Source: Ascidiella aspersa
Taxonomy: Eukaryota
DNA: 64,000 bases
NCBI GenBank assembly: GCA_963924565.1
Contig: OZ004609.1
Span: 16,182,001 to 16,246,000, forward strand
Direction of reading: 5' to 3'
Shown here: piece after piece, positions 23,601 through 36,758 of the stretch
How the letters are laid out: each line of letters opens with the position of its first letter
How positions within the stretch are numbered: the stretch's first letter is position 1
The notes under the pieces: model-generated
The model's input: only the letters and a program-made list of their open reading frames with translations
Told to the model about the DNA's origin: nothing
Databases searched by the model: none
Position numbers and translations under genes: made by a program

Positions 23601-26600
23601 AGTTCAGCAAGGTGAATAATGTGTCTCGGTTGGTGAGAGGTAGGAGCCATACAAGACTACGTAACACCTGTAAGCGGTCACCTTTGGCCAGTTCTAAACA
23701 AATTATTTAAGAGTTCAGGTTTCGCATACGTATATAGAATATCGTGCCTAGCGCATTTTTACGAATGCTTAGTGCCCCAAAAGTTGGTTTGCTAAATATC
23801 TTTTAATTCATAAAGCACAATATTGACGAAAAAGAACAAGGTGCTACTTTGTACAAAAGCCCTTATCTCGCATACTTGCAGTTTGAATGAACGCGTGGTA
23901 AAGATCGCGCGTCAGCAGAGCTTCGGGGAGGTCCCGAAAGAATTCTTTCAGCAGCGCGGCCACGTCATGTGGATTGTAATCCTCATCGATTGTAACGTCC
24001 ACCCCGCGATCGAATTCTTCGCGAAGCTAAGATAAAAGCAAAAATCATATTAATATAATCTACTTCCTATAGTGCTGTGGCGCTGTTGTTTTAGCACCAC
24101 AATTATATCGGTCGAGTGAGAGCACTTTAAGCAGCACATCGAAGGATGACTAATATTATAGGCGCGGCAAGATTCAATGGTTTGCCAATTCCGCCCGATT
24201 GATTCCGAGACTGTGATCAATTGTCCATGCTGTTTTGAGCAACCACAACTTACATGTCACTTTATAAAACACGCTGGTGCTTTCAAATCTCCTGCTATGG
24301 CGGCACCGAAGCGGCATAATGACAGTAATCTTGAATTTTAATACCTACATATGTCAACAAAAACCTTTTATCCATAAAATATTGTTGCGTAACCACGCCC
24401 AAATCTATGCATCCGCGGTTTTAAAAAAGGTTTCGACTAACACTATGTCTTGAAATACGCTTTCGTACCTGCTTTACTCGTTTCTTCGATCCAGCCACGC
24501 GGAATATTCCTGTTGTGTTCAGACCTGAGAAAAAGTAATAGACAAATAGAGTTTTCGAAAAAAAAAATCTAAGTACATTGGTCATTGATTTCCAGCTGGG
24601 TGACGAGGCACCCCGTGGTGCCGTTTTAACGCTAAAGGGGCCGTGTTTCGAAGTCTTGTGGGTTCCCATTTTGTTCTATTAATCAGCTTCTTGTTACAAT
24701 TTTTTGTGTGCGATTGGGGTGCAACAAATCAAGAATGTTTTTCTACCCGTTGTACAGTTAGTGTGTACTGTTCGGTCAGATTATTGTGACATCACAGGTA
24801 ACCACTACGACTTAAGTCAATATCTTAACTTAAGTGCACTTAAGTCACTGTTTCAAATGACTTGACTTGACTTAAGTCATTTGGGCAAATGACTTATGTT
24901 AAAATTAAGCGTTTTCATTAGGATTTGTTTTTTTAAATTGAGCTATTTACTAAAATTTTTGCACATAAACAATTTGCTTGCCTAATGTTGCATTTTGCCT
25001 AATTTTTTGTTCAGCCATTGCTCATAATTGTACTAGCTCAAAACATTTTAATAGTTTAACGTTTTATTTTTATGACAAGGACATGACTTGAAATTGATGT
25101 GCTCTAATTATGACTTGACTGGGACTTGGACTTAAGTTTTTTTTTAAATGACTTGTTTACAACACTGGGAATCATTGACATAGGGCCATGAATAACAAGG
25201 TGGGATCTGTCGATATACAACTTCTTACCGTATTTAGTAATGTGATCGCAGCACTTCTGTACCACATATGGCACCTGCGCCATAGTTGGTGGCAGAAGAG
25301 AGCGCTTCTTCTCACTTCGCTGATTATGAGTTTTCCCCGACACCGAAAGTGACAGGGCTTCAAGTAGTTGCGATTGATAGGGATCGATTTCGTTGAGTGA
25401 GTCGGCGGCAATGGCACCCTGTAAAACACGTTTGTTTAACCTATTGGTGCAATAATAATAAGGCCGCCTTTCTATGATATTACCCTCAAAATGATTATGT
25501 GATGCGTGAAAGATGGCCTCCTTTGATGTAGTGTAACATTTTTCGCACAACCTAAAATGGCAGAACTGGATTTCTAGGCGAATACTGCAATCCACATTTC
25601 ACATAGTCTAACACCAACTATAAGGTAAATCTGAACCTCTGTTCTAATCCTATGGCATTAGTTTCTATTTCAAAGAAGTGATCTAGTGTTTGCGCGACGT
25701 TATTATTTATTTCCGATTTGTTTTTAAATTGTTTTAGGCATAGTTGAAATTTATAATAATTGTTCACGCTTTTTTACTAAGCATCGGTTTTTCATCTGGA
25801 CTCCATAGTAATTATTCTGTTTTTGTATTTTGTAATGAGAATTTTACGTAAAGCCCTTCTTTTGTTTTTCTTTCGCGCCAATTTTTAAGCAGAACTGGTG
25901 ACGCCTTTTTGGCGTTAACGCCTTACGAAAAATCTGTTATTGTCACACTTTCTATATTGGAAAGCTGCTTTACTCTTATTACTAGGTAATGTAACAGATA
26001 AATACCCTATAGCGTTATCAGTGTGTATAAATCACTAGTGTGTATTGAGGTCGTGTATGTCAGCCTGCCTGCCTGCATTCCTATTGCGAATAGGCCATTT
26101 TCCATAATAAAAACAAGTTCTAGGGCACACTTAAGAATCTTTAGAGTCACACAGATTGAGGATCATGTAGTAATAATCATTATGTTTTACATAAGGAACA
26201 CCAAACTGCGGTTACTGTCATAATACACATAAATTACACTTGAAATGTTGTGATATGCAATTTCTCACTTAATTTCGATGTAGTTTTAAAGTTTGTGTTA
26301 AATATTTAATTATATTTTTCCTTCAAATGATAACAAGTTAGATTTTTACGTACGGTTATCCGCCCCGAAATGGAAAAAGTTTGGCGATTTCTGTTTTATA
26401 CAAATACACATGAGATAACTTTAGACGAAATACCAAAATAAGGCTAAGTCAATGCATTACACAATCATTTTTACACTTTGCTGACAGAATCAGTTTAAAA
26501 TCGAAAGATATTTAAAAAAAACAAACAATGTTGAATGCCGGATTCATGGTATTGAAAATTAAAAGAAACAGCATACGAGGGTTGAACAACAAACTGGTCG

Positions 26601-29600
26601 ATGGCATGAGGAAACCTCAGCACACAACTGGACAACGAATATTAATCGTGTGGCAAAATTCTAACGTTGTAGCTCTGGTGACATTTCGAATTATCGAGTC
26701 AAACGAAAGATTGTGTGGTTTTCGCGGTCGTTCTATCCTGAGCAGAGCAACATAGCCTAATGGCAACCAGTTATGCAGTAGTTTTACATTACGATAACAT
26801 GGTGTCGAATTGTTTTCTAAACTTTCTGTTGTTTAAATTATCGAACATAAAATAATGCCTTTATGTTTTGGCAAACGACATGTGTAAGAAAATAATTGTG
26901 TGAAATAACTCGGCTAACTGTATACCAACATATAACGAAAAAAAATATCAAATAAGATTCGATTCAAAAGCAACAAGATTTAAAAAAAACTGTCGTATGT
27001 GTGAAAAAACAACGATTAATACTTTATGTTATTTCAAACTATAAAATTTAAGTAATACAAATATGTTAAGGTGAAGTTTATAATAGTTTGTTTCAAATTT
27101 CGCAAAACGCTTTTCTGGAAAGTGCAAAAAAAACACCGTTTCTGAGTGTGTGGTTATTGCCAAGAACCCTATTCGTGGTATGGGGTTAAATCAATAATGA
27201 AAGTTAGAAGGAACGGTATTCCGGTAAAATCACAACTGAAACATTAAACGGTAAAAATATATTATATTTTCATAAAAACATGTCCCATAATTATATTTGA
27301 TGCCTATCTTAATCATCTAACTTTGTATCGTAGGTACGTTAAACGTTTCGTTGTGGCTTTTTATTATGTTTTGCTCTTTGTAAAAATAGTGCGAATGACA
27401 ACATGTCTGGAAAGCACAGGACGATTAATTGTTCTTATATGGCTATAGTCAGCTCGTTGCGGAACCTGTCTTTAAGTTCCTCGAAACTTATCTCTAATCG
27501 CACCGTAAAGCAGATCATTTTTTCAGTAAGCAAAGACATTTTTGAGGCCCATACACTTTAAAGGTCTGTATACGGACCGCGTGCCGCGAGTTGAGTAGAC
27601 CTGCAAATACCATTGTTCGCTTCGCGCAAATGCTTTGACGCCATCTCTTTGAGTAAGCTGAAAACAGTAGGTGTCCTAATCTACTTGCTTTATGACGAAA
27701 TGCTTTATGACGAAAGACTTTATACCGGAAAAAATTAATGTCGACCCCTTTTCATGCGAACCATTTTGTAAGGGTCGTTATATATAACATATATGTTTTA
27801 TATTCGACATTTAACGGACGTAGCTTAATTGCCACTGCCATATACCACAAAAAGAATCATGAATACATCATACTTCCTTTTTTGTTATCATAAGATTATT
27901 TTTTAAGCTTACCCGTCGTTTAAGAGGTCTTGCAGCTATCGAAGTAGTGTTTTGGCTCATGTTGTTTGAAATGCTGTTTAGAGTTGCTTTGGTGTCAGAT
28001 ATAGTCTCGTAATTTGGGCTTCGAAAAACGTTATCTGGATCGGTAGGAGAGTACTCTTGCAGATTTAAACTTTCGCATGACGATGCCCTTAGCAAAACAC
28101 AAACGAGCAATGAAAATAATGACACGCGTATATAAATATCTGGATAAACAATCACCCCTGTTTCAATTTTGTAGTGCTATTGATATTTTAATTTTTGACA
28201 TTAAACAAATAAGGCTTTACCTTGCGAAACACAAAATGTTTTGTTATTCGTGACTGCCGAAAAATCATTTGAATAAAAGCGTAAAACGTGACAAATTACT
28301 ATCTGAGCACAAAAACGATTTACAAATTAAGTTTCTTGCTCGGCGATTAGTCGTGCGAGTTTGTTAGCAAATGCTTATTTTCTCGTCACGCGAAGTTACA
28401 TAAATGTAATTCAAACATTCCATTTACTTTTTGAGGCATCTCTGAACGGAAATATTAACGTTTTTCGTTTCGGGTTGCAAGGGAATGCTTGTCGCGCTCC
28501 CAGAACAACTGCTACTGCTGTAATTTCCGTCTTGCTGCTGGTTTGATGGTGCGACAGGAGGATTGTCATTAAGGGCATCCCTATCGGCGGCACCCGGCAA
28601 TGAAAAATCAAGTGTAGCGGCAAAGGTGGCCGACTTTTGAAGTCGAAGCAACTGGTCGTTCTCGACTACTTCAACCAGGGGAATGCCGAACACATGATCG
28701 ATGCCTGTTTAGCATTCAACAAAAAAACAAATTATTGTCGGGGTCACAAAACTTTAGGAATATTGTGCATAATGCTGATACGTATTTTGGCCTCCTAACA
28801 TATGAGTTTTTAGATTGAACCCCGAAACATCCAATGTTAGGCATACCATATTTTTGTAACTTTAACAAACCAGGACGGTTTCATACAATCAGCTGATCTA
28901 GTATGTTTTGGGTGGGCATTTAGACATCTCAAAAATCGTCAGGACGTTTAACTGAAATAAGCCTGTTGTTGCCAGTTAAAGCTACGCTTGAATGTGCGAT
29001 GAAATTCATGAATAAACACATTCAGGTTTTTGTACAGAATAAAGATGTTAACTGTCTCAACAAGAAATTTCTTTTTCATATCAAAAGAACAAGATCCCGT
29101 TACAGAGACATAATAAATACTTACACGTTTAATATAAAACAATGAAACAAAACTGCACATCAGACCTTTCTCTATATAAACAACGGCATGTTAATATACG
29201 TGGAGTGAAGGACAGTTTTGGTTAACTGAATGCCAGCGGGATATTTTTGTTGATTGACAATGACGTTAAAAAACGACACTATCCAGGTTAAAACAAAATT
29301 TATAATAAGCGTAACTCATATGCACCAACATACCGTAAACACGTTACATAAGAACTCGAGGTAAGAACATGTGCTCGTGGGGGGATTTACCATTAGTTAC
29401 AAAATTTTAATCTTGAGTTTTGGTCACGCGTAGTTGCAGATAATGTGTGGGCGTTTGTCATTAAATAAGCACAAATTTATGAACCGGTACCTTTGTCTTT
29501 GGTCTTATCTCTCACGGAAAGGTGAACGCCGTACTTTTTCCTCATCGAAATTTTTCGATTAAGAATCTTGGATTCGTCTTAATATACATGGTAAAACGAC

Positions 29601-30242
29601 AGGTGCGTTAGGTTCAACAATAAAGGCTATTTTTTCATAATCAGAGGTGCGGAGTCGAAGTTGAACTCAGGACTCGATCGAGTTGGTTTGTTTGGCTGGA
29701 GTCGAAATGAGAACTCGAATAATACTATGTAAACTATAGTTTGTATATACTAGTCCCGAGTCGTGTGCGCAGTAACTAATTCGAAACCGCAAACTGTAAA
29801 TCGTAAGGGTGGAATATTTCCCATCACCGTTTCGGAGTGGGTGAGTTATAAGACACCCATATGAGTGGATTACTGGATATCAACCTTATTTAGTTGGGCG
29901 AATAGGACTCGATAAATTATTTTCTCAACCGAGTCTGACTTGAGTTGTTTTAAATCGACTCCGCAACCCACGTTACAATAACGATTTATTCGACATCAAG
30001 TAACGGCTAACCGTGTATAGTTTATTTGTTTTTACTCAGCTATTTCACTATGCAATCTGTAATCAGTATTTAAAACCCCACTCACCTTTGGGAATAGATA
30101 CAGTAATGCCCAAGTCGCTTTCCGCAAGTCGATGGACGGCCACTTTTTGTAAGGCATCGCACTCCAACTCCGATAAACTTTGTAGCCTGGTGCTGCCCAG
30201 CTGCATTTTCCTGCCACTCATATTACTCCAAGTGCAGTTGCC
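17613..30242 (-). CDS. ARHGAP6: Rho GTPase-activating protein, ARHGAP6/ARHGAP36 family, shared exons: 30242-30086, 29577-29491, 28704-28428, 28087-27913, 25418-25229, 24524-24469, 24026-23876, 23693-23545, 22813-22709, 22477-22391, 21992-21892, 21648-21361, 20908-20755, 19061-17613
   Basis: [28 protein letters not shown] (ARHGAP6-type N region), [19 protein letters not shown]...[11 protein letters not shown], RhoGAP core [74 protein letters not shown]-terminus LPETWV*. All junctions GT-AG and in phase. Confidence 0.93.
24808..25170. mobile_element. MITE remnant with gacttgac/gacttaagtc subterminal repeats
   Basis: Repeated gacttaagtca / tgacttgact units, ending gacttgtttacaacactg. Confidence 0.55.
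29642..29970. mobile_element. MITE with gttgcggagtcg-type inverted ends
   Basis: cagaggtgcggagtcga ... tcgactccgcaaccc, internal gagtc/gactc repeats. Confidence 0.7.
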
Positions 30243-30629
30243 CTGGAAGACGAAAGTGTACAAACATTGCTGAACAAAACAAAAATCGATAAAATAATCG
30301 ATCACAAAATGCGCAACTTAATTCGCACAGTTGACAGAAGAATAAAGGGCCCTAAAATGTTGTTCAAGTATTTGCCATCTACCAAACTGTGCATTCATAT
30401 ATGAGCTACATTTCAACTAAATATAAGTTTTAATACTTTGTAAACAGCCATAGAGTATGCTTGGCACAACGCAAACTAATGTGACAAACCAATGATCGCT
30501 TTGTATTGTTCTCACCGATATTGTTCCATCAACCCCAAATGCCGCTGGTGAGTTAAATAACACATCTAAGCCAAACAGCAACTGTGACTTAATCATTCTC
30601 AAATGCTTTCTAAGGCAAACAACTTTCAC

Positions 30630-30666
30630 CCCAGAAAATACTGTGTGCTGCCTCCCTCGCTGTTTC
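30630..30666 (-). CDS. Putative 37-nt exon (KKQRGRQHTVFSG) linking exon A2 to the shared ARHGAP6-like exons
   Basis: cag|...|gtgaaa; phase 2 in, phase 0 out, resolves the A2-to-30242 phase mismatch; loosely resembles residues preceding GDFTW in vertebrate ARHGAP6. Confidence 0.5.
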
Positions 30667-33600
30667 CTGTTTACGTTGCTTGAGACGAGTTGCATTAAGA
30701 GGGACACGACAACGTTATACGCAGGGCGCAGGCTTGTATGTCTGGTCACAATCACATGTGCAGTAAACGTGACGCAAACAGCACAACTACTTTTATAGTT
30801 CTACGATACTGAGCTTAACGAAGGAAACTAGAACAGTTTTTGACTACAGGATAAAAATGCCGGTAATGACTAAAAAGGACGTGCGGTCGAATACTAAGGT
30901 AAACGCCAGACAATCAAGCGAAAGCAATAAAAAAAATCGTAGCTAGTCAGCAGAAAAACGCAATTTCCTGATCGCAGATGTTATTTTAAACCAGCAAGAT
31001 CAGCGGTTCTACAGTTGTAAAACAAATCATTACTAATAGTTCAAAAATAACGTTTAAGCCTATTTAAGGAAAATATCTTAAAAAACATCCAATTTTAGGC
31101 ATATCAGTTATTTTTATAGGGCAGTGTCACGCACCTTTTAACCACAACTTAGAAATACCGTTTAAATATCCGTAAAAGCTCACTTTAAGCAAAGCTTCAA
31201 CAAAACATTTTCGCCTAATCCTTTTTGCAAAGCGCCTTCTTTGGTTACTTTTGGATTTCAATACCGTTACCTTCAAATGTATGTTTCAATGCTTTCAAGT
31301 TTACTACACCGTTGCTACCAAAGCGACTAGCCGACTATAAGAGTAAATATAATTGTGATTCCGGTGAACAAGTGAATTTCAGTTGTCTAAATGCGTGAAA
31401 AGTGAACTTCATTTGTTTCGTTGGAGGTCTCTTTTAGTTTCTAAATTTGCTATTTTTAACAACTCTCTTATAAACTGCTACAATTTGTCACTGCAGTGAT
31501 ATCTAAGGTTGCACTAATATGAAATCTGGTCGTGTAAAATCTAAACATGTGCCAAAAACTTAGGTTTGTTGGTTTTAGGCCTATCCTGAATTATCTTCGT
31601 TTGCAAATGATTGCTGAACCTAATTTAATTTACCTAACAGCTAGTGATTTGAATGTCTTTGAAGTTTCATCATGTATTACTTACGAAAAACTATTTGATT
31701 TGATATACAGTGAGAGCAGGTTTGATCTCAGTTTTGTAAAAAAAAAATATCTGTGTTAGTTGTGACATCTATACCAGTCTTGTAACAACACTTTTTTACT
31801 GCAGTAGTGGAAATCGATGTAGTACAACACGCACACTATCAAAACTTCAGTCTATCGCGTTTGTTAGTGCAGAGTCCTTCATGTTAAATAAAGAAATAGT
31901 GAACACTCCTTATTACCTCAAATAAACTCTCCTCGAAACGTAAGTGTTTAGCAGTCCGTCAATACACTATAAATTTAAAGCCAAAATCCTAATTTAAGCA
32001 GTCTGTCCATAACAAAATTTGTCAAAAAAAGTATTCCGCCTTTTGGTCAGCTTACGAATTACGAAACTTAACTCGGAATTAGCCTTTGCCAAATAATACG
32101 TTTATCCTATTCTTTCGTAAAAAACGTCCACTAAAACATGTCTACATGTTCTTAACAAAAAAACTGCTTGACGTAAAGCACAATTGATTAAAAAATATTT
32201 GATCTTTTGACGTCGTGCTCAGGAGTTTGTTTAGTACGAGAGTAACGTCTTCAAACAGAGCACGCATAGAAAGACGCCTTTTCAAGCGGTGGTTGAAAAA
32301 AGTAATAGGTCCTGATGTTTGTTAATCGAGATCACGAACAAATCGAAAAATTAAACAATAACTCTCTGCCAATGGTTTCCAACCCGTTTTGTTTAGAGCA
32401 ATTCGAAGACAAATATATTGGGACACCAATACAATCATTTCGCTTAAGGGATTAAAATTTTTTTTGTGTGTATTACTAAAATCACCAAACAATGGCATGT
32501 ACTTTCCAAGAAAAATCTATAATTTTGAAATATTGAGGTTTGACTAGCTATTACTAGATTGTTAAATATAACGGATAAATAAATCGATTGAATAGGCAAG
32601 TGAATTGCACAAAAGGATAGCAACATATTTGTCTAAAATCCATTTGGCGAGATTAGTCGGCCAGTCGATATGATCGTGCGTTGCAAGCGAACAACTGGAG
32701 CAGGGTACATTGAGCCTTGTAGAGAAGCTTCGCTTGCTCCCAAAATATAGTAAAAAGAAAGGTTTTTAATCCCAGGCAAATAGTGGAAGGCAATTTCGCG
32801 GTGAATCCCCATTGTAGTGTTTACGACGTGCTTAGCCAAGTGTAGCGGCGTTACAGCCTGGTAACTCGATCCATTTCAAACAAATTACACATAATTGCTT
32901 TTTTTAAACGATAATTTTGAAGTGAACCCAGTTTTAACAAAACGGTAGGCTTAAAGCTTGTAACTGCACAAAGTCTAAGCGTTTTAAATATAGCACTTCA
33001 ACGAATATGTTACGCTAATCGTATAATTACTTTTTCATTACATGTTAAGTTGTCACATTTATTTTTAAATCATCGGCTAAAAAAACGCGACTTGAACAAA
33101 CTTACGAGAACATGGGAAAACATAAGGTTACGGACATAGTTATTACTTTATATTACTTAACATAGCCGGAACAACGACAGTAACACTTAAGCATTTTTGT
33201 TTTTCCAAGTTTAAGGCACCAAAGTAAACTGGTAAATACCCTACACTTCTACAGTATTAAACCTGGACAGGAGTATAACGTTACTATAAAATTCCACAAA
33301 TCATTTTAATGAAATTCTACAATCATTGGTATTAACACGAGGTTTCTGTAAACTTGAATACACGTGAATGGCATCACGTTACATGTAGCCTAATACGGTT
33401 CCAAAAAATAGGGTTTAGTCCAAGCATTTATTATCATTTTAGAGCAACATAGTATTAGACTGGTAAAAGCCCTATTACACATAGGCATAGTAATCAACTA
33501 AAATCAAGACACGATGACCAAATGCAAAGAGCTTATCAACTTTTTACACGGGGAGATTTTACAAAATCTCACCTCTTATCTAAAATAGTAAAACATAAAA

Positions 33601-33980
33601 ATACTGTATAATATATACAACTTCTTCCAACAACAAAAAGACAGCACCATACATCTCCTTAAAGGCTGTTCCATCACCAAACAAATATTAAGACAAAGAA
33701 GTCAAATTAAATTCCAAATTCGCAACACACGTTTCTATCCAATTATTGCGTATTACTTTGCAGTCGAAACTCGGCACATTTCGAAAAAAAGGACTGATTA
33801 CATTTGCAGTGTAATGTCTCTGACCCTGCTTCAACCTTTTACCTTTTTTGTTCTTACGTTTATTCCTTTATAAAAAAAATAATTTTCTAATCAAACTGAA
33901 AAACATTAAATGCTCGCTTTAAATAAAAACAAGCTTTTTCGCTTGGATGCCCCTTACTATAAGAGCATAGTCAAACTTAC

Positions 33981-35282
33981 CACAAAACCACATTGCCTCT
34001 TTTTCCCGGCAGCGCCGTTGACTTCCCTGTGACAGATTTTACGACTTTCAAACTTTGACCGCACTGCCTTAATCCAAGGGCTGGGGCTGCGCAGTGTTTT
34101 GTTGTTGCGCTTCTGTTCACTTCCTGATTGAACCTTTCGAGCGTGGGTCGGAGACCTGAAAGCGCATTCCTTTTTCGGCAGGGAACGCATTGCTCGTACT
34201 CTGTGTCTTCTGATGCTCGATTGGCGAGGACCATTAAAGCGCAAAGCTGGGTGCTTTTCATTAACGTTCAGTGATTTTTGTTCAACACTCGACTGGTTCC
34301 CAAAACCAATCGTCGTAGACAAGATATCTCTAGCCGTTTTTCTTTCTGCACCATTCAAATAATTTTTCTTTATGTGTCTCTCTTTGGAGAGTTCGACTAC
34401 ATCAATGCAGTTTGGAAAACCGTAGGTGTCTGCACAATTACGAGCACTGTCTTTACTCCTACGCCTCGAAAATCGAGCAGAAGCGTTCGCTGTTTTATCG
34501 TTAACAGCGGTAGTAAATTGTTGAGGGCCCGTAGAACGACCTCTTCTTCTTTGACTATTATAGAAAGAAGTGGAGCTACCTGTACGTTGCCGCACTGAAC
34601 GCCCTCTCGATCTTCTACGAATGCTGTTAGATGGATATCTTACCTGAAAGTTGTTACTGGAAGTTCGACTTCTAAACGATCTTTGATCAACATCACAAAA
34701 ATCCTCAATTTTACCAGTACTTTTTGTAGTTTGGTCCGAGCTCAAGAATTCTTTTTCAGGTTTTTGAATTAGGTCACCCAGTTCTGTATTGCAATATGAG
34801 TTGTCTTGGAATTCTGGTGGAGGCTCCAAGGTACAGTCGATCAGGTCGCTAGGAAGTTTAGAGATCGCCGATATTGGGGCAGGAAGAGATTTGCTGTAGC
34901 TGCTCGTACAGTTTTTTATTGATACACCTGGCCTGGACACATCATTGATGTTGGGATGGCATTGGTCGCTTGGCTTTTTTAAAGTTTTTGCCCCAAATAC
35001 AGATAACATTCGCTTGAACGGGGACCGCAGCTTTTTTGCGACGCTTGTATCTTGCATCACTGTGTTGCTAAAGTTGCGCGGCAAGGATAGTGTAGTAGAC
35101 GTCCTGCATGGGTCCGTTAAATCAGAGTAAGGGTTTCCCGAACAAAAAGATTCACTGCGACCTGCGCTAGCTCTGTCAGCGGCAAACACACGACCGGCTT
35201 CGATCAAATGTGTGTTGTTGCGAAACCAGAAACGTACGCTTCTCCTTTTAGGTTGATCTTTCTGTGACTTTTTTTCTGCCAT
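33981..35282 (-). CDS. ARHGAP6: ARHGAP6-like alternative first coding exon B (434 codons, Arg/Ser-rich, likely disordered)
   Basis: 441-aa ORF; strong donor GTG|gtaagt at 33981 is phase 0, matching acceptor of exon 30242 (predicted 1575-aa isoform). Confidence 0.75.
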
Positions 35283-36709
35283 TGGTCATCCAAAATTTAA
35301 ATCTAATCAAAAAGATCGCAAATAACAAAAACAAAAAGCAGCCATCGCTGAACGGCAACGTAGTCAGTTAAGTTTGTATTTGGCCATCGTGTAAAAACCA
35401 CGCAAGTAATTAGTGCACAGTCCCTGTTACAACATAATGTATGGGCCGTAAACTTTTTAACGCCTGAAGCGTCTTTACATTAAAGTACCAGTTATTGCTG
35501 GTGTATTTGTCAACATAAATCAGTTCAAAGCAAAAACAGCTGCAAAATATAATTCGCCCAAAGAATGTCAATTGATTCACAAGAAACCACTGCAAGCCCA
35601 ACGATAGGAATGCACACTGGACCTGCCGATCGCACGAACAGCGAGTATTCTAAAACGGAAGCAATTGTTGCGCATTCTCCTTGCAGTACCGCAAATTACT
35701 TATCCCTTCCTACAGTAAAGTTCAGGTCGCACGTTTGACGGAGTCCGTCACTTAACATAGCAATTGCAACGAAGACAGTTGCAAGGGGACCTAAAATCGA
35801 CTAAATAGTAAAACCTGCTTGATCATTTTGTGTTGATACCTATTTAGCTCTAACGTGTCGCACTCAACAATCAAAACTGTTTTATGAATACATATTAATA
35901 TAAAACTAAATCTTCTTGCAAAACTGTCCATGCCGGCAATACTTACAAAATAATACAAAACAACATAAAAACATGAAAATACAAGTCATGTTATCAGTAA
36001 AACTTCGCTGCACAAATAACAATCGCGTCTTTATTACAGTAGGAAGCAACAACGTTAATAATAACGAGCCCTTTGTTTGTACAGAGAAGTTTCTAAACCC
36101 CTTTAAAAGTATTAAACTTTAAACTTACTTCTGGTCCCCATATTCGGTCGGCCATATCTTCAGTGTCAGTGATTGGAGACGTAGCCGCTTTACCAACTTG
36201 CTTGAGAGACCGACGAATTCTACAGTTTAATTGCATTTTGGTTAATAGGCTATATGATAGGTCTAAAGCAAATTTACCATATAAACACGGGCCTATCCTC
36301 TTTCTTATTTTAAATGAAATGATTTATATTTTTATGTTTGTAATATCTACAATGCATATTAAACATCGGTCTACTGTCTAAAACTGTAACTGGACTCCTC
36401 ACATTTAACAAAAGATCATTTAAGGTTGGTTTAATTCATTTACATTCTACAAAGAAAATATTCTTAAATGGCAGATGTTTTGGACGAGTTATCAAATAGC
36501 GATGCAAACCTAATAAGAAAACACTGCACACAAACTTTGTTATATTAGTACGGCTCCATGGAAAGTACAACACTTGCTTGCTGGGAATGAGTACTACAGA
36601 GTTTTCAGTAAACTTAGCTAAATCATTACACAAGAAACGTCTGTTAATCTTTACCTTTTTCTGCATCTTTGTTGCTGTTTTACATTCAAGTCATGACTAG
36701 TATATGCAA

Positions 36710-36758
36710 CGCAAAGTAAAGCATTCGCATAGCTGCAAAGTAAAGCATTCGCATAGCT
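36710..36758. repeat. 24-bp tandem duplication
   Basis: gcaaagtaaagcattcgcatagct x2. Confidence 0.85.

Noticed and set aside
24808-25170. CRISPR-like spaced short repeats (also 8160-8735, 57300-57390)
   Set aside because: Irregular, degenerate subterminal transposon repeats in a eukaryotic intron; no constant spacer length, no cas genes.
33977-34261. Overlapping alternate-frame ORF ending GKRGNVVLW
   Set aside because: Short shadow frame inside exon B; its phase at the donor does not fit the next exon.
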